Origin: an uncultured virus (IMG/VR IMGVR_UViG_3300018050_001813)
Lineage: Duplodnaviria > Heunggongvirae > Uroviricota > Caudoviricetes
Virus record (IMG/VR): IMGVR_UViG_3300018050_001813
Coordinates: 1 to 64,000 of that record
Reading direction: 5' to 3' (one strand)
DNA length: 64,000 nucleotides
Shown here: positions 40,647 through 50,894 of the stretch, piece after piece
How positions within the stretch are numbered: position 1 is the stretch's first letter
Layout: every line of letters begins with the position of its first letter
Program-made: the position numbers and the translations under genes
The notes under the pieces: model-generated
The model's database searches: none
What the model saw: only the letters and a program-made list of their open reading frames with translations
Told to the model about the DNA's origin: nothing

Positions 40647-41033
40647 TCAGGCGTCTGAATCAGATAGCTTTTCTTCAGCCAAGTTGTTAACGGCTGAGGC
40701 AACTCTAGGATTTTCGTCAGCCAAGATTCCTTTTGATGCATTTTGCATTACCTCTAGCATTTGTTTGCGCGATTGCTGCAAAGTTTCATGAAAAGCTTTA
40801 CGAGCTTCGTCAGTAGCAAAAGCAAGTTGCCCAACTAAAGCTTCAGTAAAAACTGCCTGCTCACCATAGCTAATAACAAGTGTAGCCACTTGCTTTTCAA
40901 TGGATTCGACAGATGTTTCAAGAGTCTTGAGACGGTCTTCAACCTGAGCTGCTAGACCATTAATAATATCTTGAAAGAATTTTGTAAGAAACTCAGCTGT
41001 TGTTTTATCAAGGTATTCGTTGTTGTCTGTCAT
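40647..41033 (-). CDS. Coiled-coil hypothetical protein
   Basis: Heptad pattern; overlaps the upstream stop (ATGA). Confidence 0.6.
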   Translation of the reverse strand: MTDNNEYLDKTTAEFLTKFFQDIINGLAAQVEDRLKTLETSVESIEKQVATLVISYGEQAVFTEALVGQLAFATDEARKAFHETLQQSRKQMLEVMQNASKGILADENPRVASAVNNLAEEKLSDSDA

Positions 41034-41671
41034 ATTTCATACCAATCTTGATTGTTAGTGACATAAGAAGTCAAGGATAAATCCATAAGATATGAGATAG
41101 AACAAATATCTTGACGAGTTACCTTGATTTGATCTACAGATAAAGGAGATTTCATATCAGGAATAAAAGCACCGCTGTCACTCTTGCGGGCTGCAAAGTG
41201 CCCACACTTCCAAACAAATGAAGTGGAATCATAAGATTCGCTGGACTGCCAGTAATGTGCTTTAAATATTCTAGATATGGGCTTGCCATCGATAACGGCG
41301 CCACCATAAGAAACAAAGCCTTCGTTAGTAGGAACGCCCATCTTTTCGTTTTGAGGATAATTGGTTACAGCATTTCCGGTAGTAATAGACTTAAGGTAAG
41401 CAGCGAAGTCTATAGCATCTACGAAAACAGCAGTGCTACTAATAAGCTTACCTTCGGGAGAAGTTTTGCCAATATCAAGTTTCATTTTAAGAGCTTGATG
41501 CCATGGACGAATAGCTAGAAAGCCAGACTGAGTTTTAGATCTAAACCACTTTTTGTATAGCTCTTGATTAAACTCTTTATTATCAGAGTTCTTAATGGTA
41601 TCAGATGGTGAACCATCGTCATCAAGAGAGGATAAAAAATCCTCAACATTGCTGTAAACATTATCAGTCAT
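41030..41671 (-). CDS. Hypothetical protein
   Basis: AGGAG RBS; 213 aa. Confidence 0.7.
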   Translation of the reverse strand: MTDNVYSNVEDFLSSLDDDGSPSDTIKNSDNKEFNQELYKKWFRSKTQSGFLAIRPWHQALKMKLDIGKTSPEGKLISSTAVFVDAIDFAAYLKSITTGNAVTNYPQNEKMGVPTNEGFVSYGGAVIDGKPISRIFKAHYWQSSESYDSTSFVWKCGHFAARKSDSGAFIPDMKSPLSVDQIKVTRQDICSISYLMDLSLTSYVTNNQDWYEI

Positions 41672-41683
41672 TGTTTCTCCTTT

Positions 41684-43288
41684 TTATTTCCATGTCACTG
41701 ATGCTGGTTGCTTTTGCGTTGAAGTCTTAGAGAGCATTAGTATAGCATCATCCATCTGTTCTGTGGATGCCCAATCCCACTGCTCAAGAGCATATTTATA
41801 CATAGATACAACTGTCTCATGGTGCTTCATCCAAATAATATTCTTCATCTTTGGAGCATAAGTAAGAATATCATTTGTTTCAATTGGGCGAAGGGAATCG
41901 GAAACAACATAAAACTTAGTCTCTCTAATCAAAGAAACTATCTCTGCACCAGTCATATACTGAGTGGATTGAGCAAGAGCGTCGTAATCATAAGAGTGAT
42001 CGGTGTCAATCTTAGAAAGATGTATCTGGAAGATGTGTTTGCGTTCCTCATAAGAAGGAAGACCAACAAACATAATCTTATCAAAGCGGTCGGCACGCAA
42101 CATCTCTGGTCTCAAAGAATCAAGAGAGTTAGCTGCACAAAGAAGGAAAGTATCCTCTGGCAATTCCTGAAGACCAGTTAGGAACTCTCCATGCACACGA
42201 TCAGTGGTGCCACCATCAACATGGGAAGAGCTGGAGCCACCACTAAGATCTCGACCAAACTCGTCAATCCAAACGCACAAAGGAGACATAGCGCGAATCT
42301 GCTTAAAGACTGCACGCATGTTAGCCTCCGATTGGCCAATGAAAGAATTCATAACCTGACTGATACCAGTGCGAGCAAGATCAAGATCAAGCTCTTTGGC
42401 GGTTGCCTGACAAATAGCAGACTTGCCAGTACCAGGAACGCCAACCATCAACAGTCTTCTAATTGGAGTGACGCCGAAAGAAGCAGTGCGCTGCTGGTCT
42501 TTGCGAAGAATGGCAGTACGGCGAATGATATCTTTAATATTATCAAGACCACCAATATCAGAAAAAGATATTGCAGGCTTAACTATTTCAAGAATACCAT
42601 TCTTCTTTATATTTGCCATCTTGACGTCATAAATATACTTGGGGTCAATTGTAGAGTTATTAACAACAGACATCAAGCAAAGATCAATAAACTGCGACTC
42701 ACATAGACCAATACCAGCATTGACGACATCTTTTACAGAAACATTATTAAGAAGTCGATCATGAGAAGCGGTATTGATATGATTGACTATTGTTGCTAGC
42801 TCTTGAGGTGTTGGAATAGAATCCTCTAAAACATTGAAAAGATGGAGAAAATCCTCAGGGCACTCAAGAGAAGAAACGAAAATAAATTGAAGCGGCATAG
42901 CTGCAATATCATCAGACCAAAAAGCTGAACGGTAAGCAGACTTAAAGTGAGAAAGAATAGAAGAGTATGGAGAGATTGCATCTGCCGGAGAAGAAGCAAT
43001 ATTTACAATATAAGTAGAACGAGTAAGAGATTTCTCAGTAGTAAGATAGTGAAGAGCTATCTGAGGATCAAAAGTTACAATATGACTTTCTGAACTCATC
43101 TCTGGATAAGTAGGATTTTCAACAAGAATAGGCTTCCATTTGCCATCAACAAATTTAGAAAAGCCATTGAGAAAATCTATAGTATAAAAATTTCGAGAAA
43201 TAGTAGAAGTAATGATATCGGTAACTCTAGAGGGATCAGATGAGTGAACCCAAAGGTTAGGATATCCGAGTTTAATTTTATCAAACAT
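41684..43288 (-). CDS. AAA+ ATPase (Ycf46-like architecture)
   Basis: FSDIGGLDNIK; Walker A GVPGTGKS; Walker B VWIDE; SRH PEMLRADRFD. Confidence 0.9.
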   Translation of the reverse strand: MFDKIKLGYPNLWVHSSDPSRVTDIITSTISRNFYTIDFLNGFSKFVDGKWKPILVENPTYPEMSSESHIVTFDPQIALHYLTTEKSLTRSTYIVNIASSPADAISPYSSILSHFKSAYRSAFWSDDIAAMPLQFIFVSSLECPEDFLHLFNVLEDSIPTPQELATIVNHINTASHDRLLNNVSVKDVVNAGIGLCESQFIDLCLMSVVNNSTIDPKYIYDVKMANIKKNGILEIVKPAISFSDIGGLDNIKDIIRRTAILRKDQQRTASFGVTPIRRLLMVGVPGTGKSAICQATAKELDLDLARTGISQVMNSFIGQSEANMRAVFKQIRAMSPLCVWIDEFGRDLSGGSSSSHVDGGTTDRVHGEFLTGLQELPEDTFLLCAANSLDSLRPEMLRADRFDKIMFVGLPSYEERKHIFQIHLSKIDTDHSYDYDALAQSTQYMTGAEIVSLIRETKFYVVSDSLRPIETNDILTYAPKMKNIIWMKHHETVVSMYKYALEQWDWASTEQMDDAILMLSKTSTQKQPASVTWK

Positions 43289-43322
43289 TGTGGTATCACC
43301 GTAATACTAGTTGTAGGCTTTT

Positions 43323-43378
43323 CAAAAAATATAGGGGGTGGGGGGAGGGCACTCATAAAGAGTAACCCTCCCCCCGCC
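43323..43378 (-). terminator. GC-rich terminator hairpin after the Ubl gene
   Basis: ggggggaggg.actc/gagt..ccctcccccc stem followed on the minus strand by a T-rich tract. Confidence 0.65.
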
Positions 43379-43414
43379 GAACAGCGTTAAAAACAACTGT
43401 TCGTAAGTGGGCAA

Positions 43415-43669
43415 TCAGCCCTTCTCGCCAGCACGACGATGGAACTCGACGTTCTGGCCAGGCTGGATTACCGCGTTCTCATCAAGCTTGTCCTTGCCAC
43501 AGTAGGCAACAGCGTCAGTGGGGATGCCCCAGATCTTGCTGAACTGCTCACGGACTTCTTTAACGCTCTTGCCAGCAATGTTGCTAGGCTGGTTGTAAAC
43601 ACCATAACGGATGTTTGCCATTCCAGTGGAACGGTTTGGCTGAGCGCCGGAATTATTGGAAGTTTCCAT
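43415..43669 (-). CDS. Ubiquitin-like (beta-grasp) protein, PRTRC protein C-like
   Basis: 84 aa; GKSVKEVRE...GIP...IQPGQNVEFHRRAGEKG with terminal Gly; directly downstream of E1. Confidence 0.75.
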   Translation of the reverse strand: METSNNSGAQPNRSTGMANIRYGVYNQPSNIAGKSVKEVREQFSKIWGIPTDAVAYCGKDKLDENAVIQPGQNVEFHRRAGEKG

Positions 43670-43691
43670 TGTGTATTATCTCCTATTTATA

Positions 43692-44456
43692 TTATACGTT
43701 AACTGGTTGATTTAAAGATGAGTGCATTCTGTCGTATGGTTCAGACTTGCCAATACCAAGATCGAAGAAGATCTCTGTCTCTTCTGGACTCTGATTGGAC
43801 ACTATTGTTTTCTGAACTCTACCTAGAATAAACGATGCAACCGCCATGTTAGTAGCAAGAAGCTGGGTTCCACCTTCAATCTCAGAACGCTCTTGACAGC
43901 TAAGTTCACCAGGATTCTTATCCGGAGGATTATGATACTCTGGATGAAACTCAGCTGGATGGGCTGTTATCTCAACGCCATCGCGTTTCTGATAATGATA
44001 TATGGAACCGAAAAGAGCATCGTCATTACCGCCAGTGAAGACGTCAACGTTGCTCAACTTTGAAGCAGCGTCGAAAATAATTTTTCTTGCAGCAAAGTTG
44101 TCAACAACAGCAAAGACAACATCATTGTCTCTAATAAGATCACTTGCTTTGATCTTGGGACTTTCTTCGTCTGTAACGCCAGAAAAGTTATCGTCAACAA
44201 CCCACTTAGCCACTGGAATTATAGTGGTCTTAGGAAACTGGGGAACTAGCTCAGTAGCTTTAACGACAGCTTTGTTACCAAGTTTAGTGAAGTCTTGACG
44301 CTCTTTATTCTTTTCCTCATAGGTATCGCCGTCAACAATAATAAGAGCAGATCCAGGGAACTTCCACTCAAGAAGACGAACGAGACCAGCAGCAAGCCAT
44401 GTGCCAATGCCGCCGGCTCCAACAAGAATAAAACGTTTAGAATCATTCGGATTCAT
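43692..44456 (-). CDS. E1/ThiF-family ubiquitin-like activating enzyme
   Basis: LVGAGGIG, VDGD..E.KN..RQ, VDNFAARK, putative catalytic SC (PGELSCQE), TNMAVA; likely start ATG 44456. Confidence 0.88.
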   Translation of the reverse strand: MNPNDSKRFILVGAGGIGTWLAAGLVRLLEWKFPGSALIIVDGDTYEEKNKERQDFTKLGNKAVVKATELVPQFPKTTIIPVAKWVVDDNFSGVTDEESPKIKASDLIRDNDVVFAVVDNFAARKIIFDAASKLSNVDVFTGGNDDALFGSIYHYQKRDGVEITAHPAEFHPEYHNPPDKNPGELSCQERSEIEGGTQLLATNMAVASFILGRVQKTIVSNQSPEETEIFFDLGIGKSEPYDRMHSSLNQPVNV

Positions 44457-46143
44457 ATATATCTCTTTCTGTAAAATATTCAGAATATAAATTACACCCA
44501 TCGGAAGTTATGGTATCAGCATAGTTTTCCGGCTCTTTGTCTTTGGGTGAAGATATAAAATTGATTATTGTAGATGAATATCTTGGGCACATGGTTGTGT
44601 AATAATGTTCGCATTTATGGCATTCGGATTGCGAAGCATAAACATCAAATTTGCCCATAAAATTATCAAAGTCAAAAGCATCCAAGCTAGTTACTTGTAC
44701 TTGACAGTAACAGTCGATGATTTTTTGATTACAACAAAGTGTAAGATTTTCATCTGAAAGAGATATGTCAGATGATTTCCACTGAGAATCAAGATAGGTG
44801 CTTATGATATCTGGAGTCAGTCTAAGTAGCAAATAGTTGTTTTCAACATCTTTACCCAACATGTATAAAGCTACATCTTGAGAGATGTTTCTTTGACGGC
44901 AATATTCGCCAACATCGTAAACAACTTGATCTACTGGCGTGTCCGGCTCACATAAGGGAACATCACAAATAGCGCAGCAGTGGTCAACATAGATAGAATT
45001 AATAGGGAGATACGAAAAGCAAGATGGGCAGGAGAATTTGCCTTTTTCAATAGTGGAGCTTGCTTCGCAGACAAGAATAGCTTGCTGTTCATATCCTATT
45101 GCTTCCTCTATAATATCAAGAATATGGGGTGAATAGTTAACAAAATTAGTTAACTGAGTGTTATTAGGCCCAGCCGCCGTAGTAGGCTGAGTAGGAATTT
45201 GGGTTTGTGGATGAGGCTGTCCAAGATTGGCCGTGCGAGTACCCCCCATATTGGGGGGGCTGACTTTTTTTACTTTATCAGTCCACCCTACAACTTCGGG
45301 ATCTGGAGCTCTTTCTATGGTATAGCCCTCAAAAACATCTTCTGGATCAAGCTTGTAAGCTTTACCGGCCATCTGCATTTCGATATAATACTGAGTTGCT
45401 CCATTGTTGACAGACTTCTGCCAACCAAATGTGATATGGATGCCGTCAAAGTCAGCTTGGTCAGCGTGATCAGTGCCTGAAGCGTAAGCGCTCATTCCTG
45501 GATGACTGTGAACTGAGCCAACGATAATAACATTGTCAGGCTTCACCTGAGCAATGCTGTCGGGATCATAATTGCAGTGAACAGAAGTATTAACTTGGTC
45601 AGGAACTAAAATTCCCCAACCATCAGAACCTTCTTTATCCTGGTCAAAAGTAAGCATGACAATAGACTCAGTGCCATGCTGAGCATCGACCAATCTAAAG
45701 AACTGATCAAGCTTTTCAATAAGCAAATGAGGAATGGGAGGCATATTGTAGATAGCCTCTTCTTCAAGACTGATGAATTCGGCGCTTAGTTCTGGGCGAA
45801 CAGCGGATACGGAACGACCAACAAAGTTGTTAACAACTCTATAGATCTGAGAAGATTTTACAATAACAGGAGGGGGCGCTATAGCAGCAGTTTTGTTAGT
45901 GTTATTGTAAGTGACAGTACCAGACTTAGGGGCAGATGTATTTGTTGGCTTAATTTCAGTTTCTTGGTTTGCAATCAAATAATAAATATTGAAACCAAAA
46001 GATTCAACACACTCACAAATATCGTCTCTATCGGCGATAAAAGTAGGAAGACCATCGTTAGTAATCCAGAGGGGATTGAGATCTTCTAGAGTAAGATAGT
46101 CTTCTTCTTCCTGATCAAAAGGAAGAGTTTGCTGTTCGGACAT
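44443..46143 (-). CDS. JAB/MPN+ metalloprotease (Prok-JAB) with C-terminal Cys-rich domains
   Basis: E (GTES)...GSVHSHPGMSAYASGTD (HxH-x7-S-x2-D); several CxxC motifs in the C-terminal half. Confidence 0.85.
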   Translation of the reverse strand: MSEQQTLPFDQEEEDYLTLEDLNPLWITNDGLPTFIADRDDICECVESFGFNIYYLIANQETEIKPTNTSAPKSGTVTYNNTNKTAAIAPPPVIVKSSQIYRVVNNFVGRSVSAVRPELSAEFISLEEEAIYNMPPIPHLLIEKLDQFFRLVDAQHGTESIVMLTFDQDKEGSDGWGILVPDQVNTSVHCNYDPDSIAQVKPDNVIIVGSVHSHPGMSAYASGTDHADQADFDGIHITFGWQKSVNNGATQYYIEMQMAGKAYKLDPEDVFEGYTIERAPDPEVVGWTDKVKKVSPPNMGGTRTANLGQPHPQTQIPTQPTTAAGPNNTQLTNFVNYSPHILDIIEEAIGYEQQAILVCEASSTIEKGKFSCPSCFSYLPINSIYVDHCCAICDVPLCEPDTPVDQVVYDVGEYCRQRNISQDVALYMLGKDVENNYLLLRLTPDIISTYLDSQWKSSDISLSDENLTLCCNQKIIDCYCQVQVTSLDAFDFDNFMGKFDVYASQSECHKCEHYYTTMCPRYSSTIINFISSPKDKEPENYADTITSDGCNLYSEYFTERDIYESE

Positions 46144-46197
46144 TATTTCTCCTTAATATTAATATTTCTAGTTATTTGTATGTGTGTAATAAATATA

Positions 46198-47586
46198 TTA
46201 AAAAGGTGATTCTTCAATAAATTGAGGAGAATCGGGCGATTGTTCAACTGGAACTTCAGGAGTGGAGCAGTTGAGACAATAGCCATCATCATTTAAAATA
46301 AATGAATCAAACATAGGATGAGTATGCCAAATGCCATTATCGCATTCACCGCAATACTTATATTGCAAAGAAGTAGCATCAGTTAATGATATCCAACAAT
46401 CAGACTTGTTCAAATACAGAATATCACCATAGTCAGGATGATGGTAATTTTCTGTATTTATACAGTAGACATATTCTTCAAAGCAACCGTCGCATATGAA
46501 GGCTGAATTATTTGTGGTATTGGGAGAGGAGTTCTCGGAATAATACTCTTCACAACTATCACACATCCAGCTATCATCCTCCTCGTCTTCTTCTTGAGAA
46601 AAGACAGGAGCGGCTATACTCTGATTAATTTTTACAGCTTCAGAGTTTGCGATAACATTGATAACAGGAGGTTGATTAGTAGAGGCATTGTAAGCCTGCT
46701 TGAACCAATCAAAAACTTTTTTGTCGGGCAAAGTATAATCAGAACGAAGTATTTGATTAACAGGTTTTGGAATAGTTGTATCAGTATAGTATGCCTGATA
46801 ATTACCGGTTATAGCGTCTGCTACAGTCAAAGGTTGACCATTAGGATAGTGTTTATCCTGATTGTCTCGATCCTTAACTAAAACAGGTATCCACAACTCT
46901 GGATCAAGAGTCCACTCATATCCATTGTCGGCAGAGTATGACTGCCACTCGGAAGGATCGTAAAGATAAGATGGCTTTTTATGAGAAGAGTAAAAACGAG
47001 GACCATCAGTCTCTGACATATTTTGATCGTTGTAAGCTTCGGTTCCAGAGCATCGGTCTAAAATTTTAGCGAGCTTTTCACCGAAAGGATAAGAAGATAT
47101 GTCTTCGTTGTGATACAAGCAAATCCAGCCAACACCATTTCCGCGGTAACCCTTACAATTAATATTAGGAAGGTTTACGTGGTAAAGCGGAGCAGCGGGA
47201 TAAGTTATGGGAACAGGAGAATAAAATGTTCTAGCTCCATAAATGTTGCCGTCCATAAGATCGGCAATAACAATTCTGTAGGGCTGAGCAACGTAATACT
47301 TAACAGCAGAACGATCTCCTTCGTATTGGCCCCAGTTGATATAATACATGCCAGGCTTATGCTGATAAACAACTTGAGTATGATTTCCAGCAGAACGAAG
47401 TGCAAGCAAACCAGAACCATCAACAGGCATTAAGCCAGTGTCGACATAAGAATACGAAGAAAATGAAGTATAAAAAGATGTCATGTCTTTATCGGTGACA
47501 TGATCTAAACCAAAAGAGTTAACAGAAGAACGAAAAGTTAGATTTCCGTCTTCGGTGTTAACGAATGAATATTGAACGTTGCTCAT
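46198..47586 (-). CDS. Prokaryotic E2 family D-like protein with C-terminal Zn fingers (paralog 1)
   Basis: YYVAQPYRIVI...LYHVNLPNIN...GWICL; immediately upstream of JAB-E1-Ubl; CxxC repeats. Confidence 0.55.
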   Translation of the reverse strand: MSNVQYSFVNTEDGNLTFRSSVNSFGLDHVTDKDMTSFYTSFSSYSYVDTGLMPVDGSGLLALRSAGNHTQVVYQHKPGMYYINWGQYEGDRSAVKYYVAQPYRIVIADLMDGNIYGARTFYSPVPITYPAAPLYHVNLPNINCKGYRGNGVGWICLYHNEDISSYPFGEKLAKILDRCSGTEAYNDQNMSETDGPRFYSSHKKPSYLYDPSEWQSYSADNGYEWTLDPELWIPVLVKDRDNQDKHYPNGQPLTVADAITGNYQAYYTDTTIPKPVNQILRSDYTLPDKKVFDWFKQAYNASTNQPPVINVIANSEAVKINQSIAAPVFSQEEDEEDDSWMCDSCEEYYSENSSPNTTNNSAFICDGCFEEYVYCINTENYHHPDYGDILYLNKSDCWISLTDATSLQYKYCGECDNGIWHTHPMFDSFILNDDGYCLNCSTPEVPVEQSPDSPQFIEESPF

Positions 47587-47607
47587 TATAAAATCCTTAA
47601 ATATAGT

Positions 47608-48012
47608 TTATTCTTCTATTTCTTTGAAGATGCTGTCGATGCCTTCGTCAACGTCTTTAGAAAAATCACCAAAAGCCCAAGCAAACCAGTGAGGATCATC
47701 GTTAATTATTTTAACGACATTCAATTTAGTTTCAAGTTGATCATGAGCTTCGACTAGATCAGACAAACGAGAAAGTGCCTTGGAAAGTTTTTTAAGATCA
47801 TTTTTATTTGCACCTAGCATAAGAATATTTCTTAGTACTGGAATGCCAGAAACATAAAACTTTTCTGATTCAATTATGGCATTTATTCTTTCGTCTAAAG
47901 TATCATAAGAGTTTTGTATTTCAGCTTTAACCTTGTTTGCCATAGAAAAAGAAAAGTTGAAATTATCCATAGCGATTTTAGATGCGGGGGGCAAATTATC
48001 TGGGTGCGTCAC
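47608..48012 (-). CDS. Hypothetical protein
   Basis: 134-aa ORF, AAGGAG RBS. Confidence 0.55.
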   Translation of the reverse strand: MTHPDNLPPASKIAMDNFNFSFSMANKVKAEIQNSYDTLDERINAIIESEKFYVSGIPVLRNILMLGANKNDLKKLSKALSRLSDLVEAHDQLETKLNVVKIINDDPHWFAWAFGDFSKDVDEGIDSIFKEIEE

Positions 48013-48400
48013 GCTTAACTCCTTTGCTTAGCTTGCGTAAGATAATAAAATCTTTAACCTCAAGTATCGACCACCATACGGTAGCCGAACCTATCGCTAG
48101 CTTTGTAAGAACTCTAGCCAAGTACTGTTCATCCATAGAAGAAGCAGAACCTGGCGCAAGTCCTTGAACGTCAAAATAAGAATCTTCTAAAAGATCAGAT
48201 ATTTTGGTACGTAATTGTTCCTTCTTCTGTTGACGTTGTAAATTCATCTTTGATGTCTTCATTAAATTCCCCAAAGTGTTGTGGTGTTACTGTCGTGAAA
48301 AAACTAGCTAGTATAATGTCAATCTGTTTTTCGGGGGTTTTATTCTTCAGTCTATTATTAAAAACTTTAGCAGATAAACCTGCTAAGACAAATGGAAGAA

Positions 48401-48862
48401 TTAAGAGGTGCATAATGCAATATTCCTTTTTGCGGAGCGGTATTTTGCGCCATCAGTTCCTATAAAATTCAATAAGAGTTCACTGACAGCAAGAACACCG
48501 AGACCGAGTGATGTTGTGAAGTTAAAAATAATATTTAAAAGGAATAATATAAAAGCAGTAAGTGAGCCTACAATAGGACCCGATAAAGCAACTTTTAGTT
48601 TTGACTCATTGGATAAACCTGGAGCACGAATAAATGCTATAGCAAATAGTGGAAGAGGAATAAAAATTGGCAATGAAGCTTTTGAACCAAGTTTTCTGGC
48701 CATAAAATAATGAGATATTTCATGAGCAAAAAGAACTAGGAGAGCAAAGAAAACAAATGGACTATGTATAATAGAATAATTAACTGCAGCTACCGCAGAA
48801 GCTGTAGCTATAGTCCAAGTTATCTTTGGTATTTTGGAAAAGAAAGCTTTTATTTTTTTCAT
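48401..48862 (-). CDS. Minimal site-2 protease (peptidase M50)-like membrane protein
   Basis: TM-embedded HEISH; VALSGP; C-terminal N...TDG motif. Confidence 0.7.
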   Translation of the reverse strand: MKKIKAFFSKIPKITWTIATASAVAAVNYSIIHSPFVFFALLVLFAHEISHYFMARKLGSKASLPIFIPLPLFAIAFIRAPGLSNESKLKVALSGPIVGSLTAFILFLLNIIFNFTTSLGLGVLAVSELLLNFIGTDGAKYRSAKRNIALCTS

Positions 48863-49629
48863 GTGTTAACCACGAGATCAAATGGAACATTATAAATTTC
48901 TGAAAGATCTTTGAGTAAGCCTTCATTTGCCATAGCGGAAAATAGAAAAGCATAACTTTCAGAAACATAATCATTGTCAACCGGATCATTGAGCTGATCA
49001 AAGTATTTATCGCCATCTTGAATATGGCTATCGTCAAGCAAATACTCCTTTACGGGGAGATTAAGCTGCTTACCTAAATGCTTGTAGATAGCTCTATCAA
49101 GGTTTAGGCAAAACATAGAAATGTTTACACTTGACAAATAAAAAGTTTGAACATGTTCTAAAGAATATTCTATCTTAAGAAGATCAAATAATTCTTTAAC
49201 AACATTCTCATCTGCGTCAGCATTAATAAAGACTTTGTTCATCATAGAAAGATAGCGAAGTCTTTGAATAATTAAGGCTTCCTTATGATTAAACATTTGT
49301 ATCTTAGCGAAATCACCATTAGTAAGAGTATTAAGAGTGATAGAAATAGCTTTGATATAGGAAGGAGTTTGTACCTTTTGATAATAAGCAGATGTTGCTG
49401 CATGAAAACTAGCGGCAAGCTTTACTTTTTCTTCATCAATAGGAGAGTTCTCATCAGAAGAAATTTCATCAACAAGCTGCTTAGCAGAAGAAATGAAGTC
49501 TTCTATAGTTTTATTTTTATTGGAGGAAGATGGCGAATAAGCTTCAGATTGAAGAGCAGCAGAAGAATCTTCTGCATCTACCTCTGGATCATATTCGAAG
49601 AGATCATCATCATTCTGGGAGTAGGTCAT
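48859..49629 (-). CDS. Acidic hypothetical protein
   Basis: Likely start MTYSQNDDD at 49629. Confidence 0.6.
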   Translation of the reverse strand: MTYSQNDDDLFEYDPEVDAEDSSAALQSEAYSPSSSNKNKTIEDFISSAKQLVDEISSDENSPIDEEKVKLAASFHAATSAYYQKVQTPSYIKAISITLNTLTNGDFAKIQMFNHKEALIIQRLRYLSMMNKVFINADADENVVKELFDLLKIEYSLEHVQTFYLSSVNISMFCLNLDRAIYKHLGKQLNLPVKEYLLDDSHIQDGDKYFDQLNDPVDNDYVSESYAFLFSAMANEGLLKDLSEIYNVPFDLVVNT

Positions 49630-50074
49630 TTTTGGTGGTAGTCTTTCTGCGGTATTTGCGTTTAGGACTGATAATTCTAAGATTTTCAATCTTGGCCATT
49701 TGAACAAACTGTTTAGCTTTTTCAATGGTTAAGTTGAGAAGGTCGTTATTAAGATATTGCCTAATAAAATATAAGCGTTGACGATATATGGTTCCGCCCC
49801 AAACACCATCATAATTATATTTAATAGCTTCATGTAAACACTCTACTTGTACAGGACAAGCAGAACACATGCTTATAGCTTTGGCTGCAGAGGATGCAGA
49901 TTTATTGTCGCTGTTAATAGAAAAGAAATGATCTGTCGATAAAGATCCGTTTCTACAAAGAGCTTTTTCTCTCCATAGAGAACCTAAATCGTCAAAGCAC
50001 TCATAAAGATTAGCAACGTTTTTGGGAGAACCTCTACGAGAAGTAATGGGAGAAGTGGGATTAGAATCCATCAA
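49610..50074 (-). CDS. whiB: WhiB-family Fe-S transcription factor
   Basis: WREKALC...FF...AISMCSACPVQVECL..A.....GVWGG...RQR. Confidence 0.9.
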   Translation of the reverse strand: MMDSNPTSPITSRRGSPKNVANLYECFDDLGSLWREKALCRNGSLSTDHFFSINSDNKSASSAAKAISMCSACPVQVECLHEAIKYNYDGVWGGTIYRQRLYFIRQYLNNDLLNLTIEKAKQFVQMAKIENLRIISPKRKYRRKTTTKNDLLPE

Positions 50075-50341
50075 GTTCCGATCTAAAAACTATTGAAGAT
50101 TTTATTTTTTGCACAGAAGATAGAATTTCAGAAGATAGAGATGAAAGAACAGAGAGATCATCTAAAAACTGAGAAACTTCTTCAACAGACAGCTTGTTAT
50201 TTTTATCTACAGTTCTCATTCTTTTTTGTATGCTCTGTATCTTAGAGTAAATATCATGAGATTGAAGAAGGATAGATTGGATAGAGTTTAGTGATTTTTC
50301 AAATGAAGAGTATTCTTCATCAAAGTATTGAAGTGGATTCA

Positions 50342-50416
50342 TGGTACCCCCGGGTGGAATCGAACCACCTTTGAGACTTTATAAGAGTCTTGTCCTAACC
50401 AGTAGACGACGAGGGC
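50342..50416 (-). tRNA. tRNA-Ile(TAT) with encoded CCA
   Basis: Reverse complement GCCCTCGTCGTCTACTGGTTAGGACAAGACT-CTTATAA-AGTCTCAAAGGTGGTTCGATTCCACCCGGGGGTACCA. Confidence 0.85.
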
Positions 50417-50894
50417 TAGCAAATAAAATTAAATGCTAGCCTCGGATATTCGATCATCAGTAAAATAGATTGCAGTAACATCATTAACAGAATAACCGCA
50501 TCTGTAATTGTCTGCTTTACGCCAGACAAAATAATATGGAGCTTCTTCAGCGGGCCATTCTAAACTTTCTTCAAAATAAAGAAGTTCATCAAAAGGTACA
50601 ATTTCGCCACTAGCAAACTTCATATAGCCTTTGCTTTTATGGGAAAGAATAGAAGGATGATTTGGTTTATCGGTAATAAGAATCATGAAGAAATACTTTC
50701 TTTAGCTGTAGCTAAGAATGAGCCGTATAAATATCTATTGTCAAGAAGAACACATTTAACATAATAGTTTTTCTCTTGCTTCAGTATAGACATAATACTG
50801 CGGAAATGCAAATCGGCTGAAGGATTGTTTTGAATATACTGAGTTAACCACTCAATAGTTAATTTATATGGTGTAGATTGAAGAAGGTTTTCCA

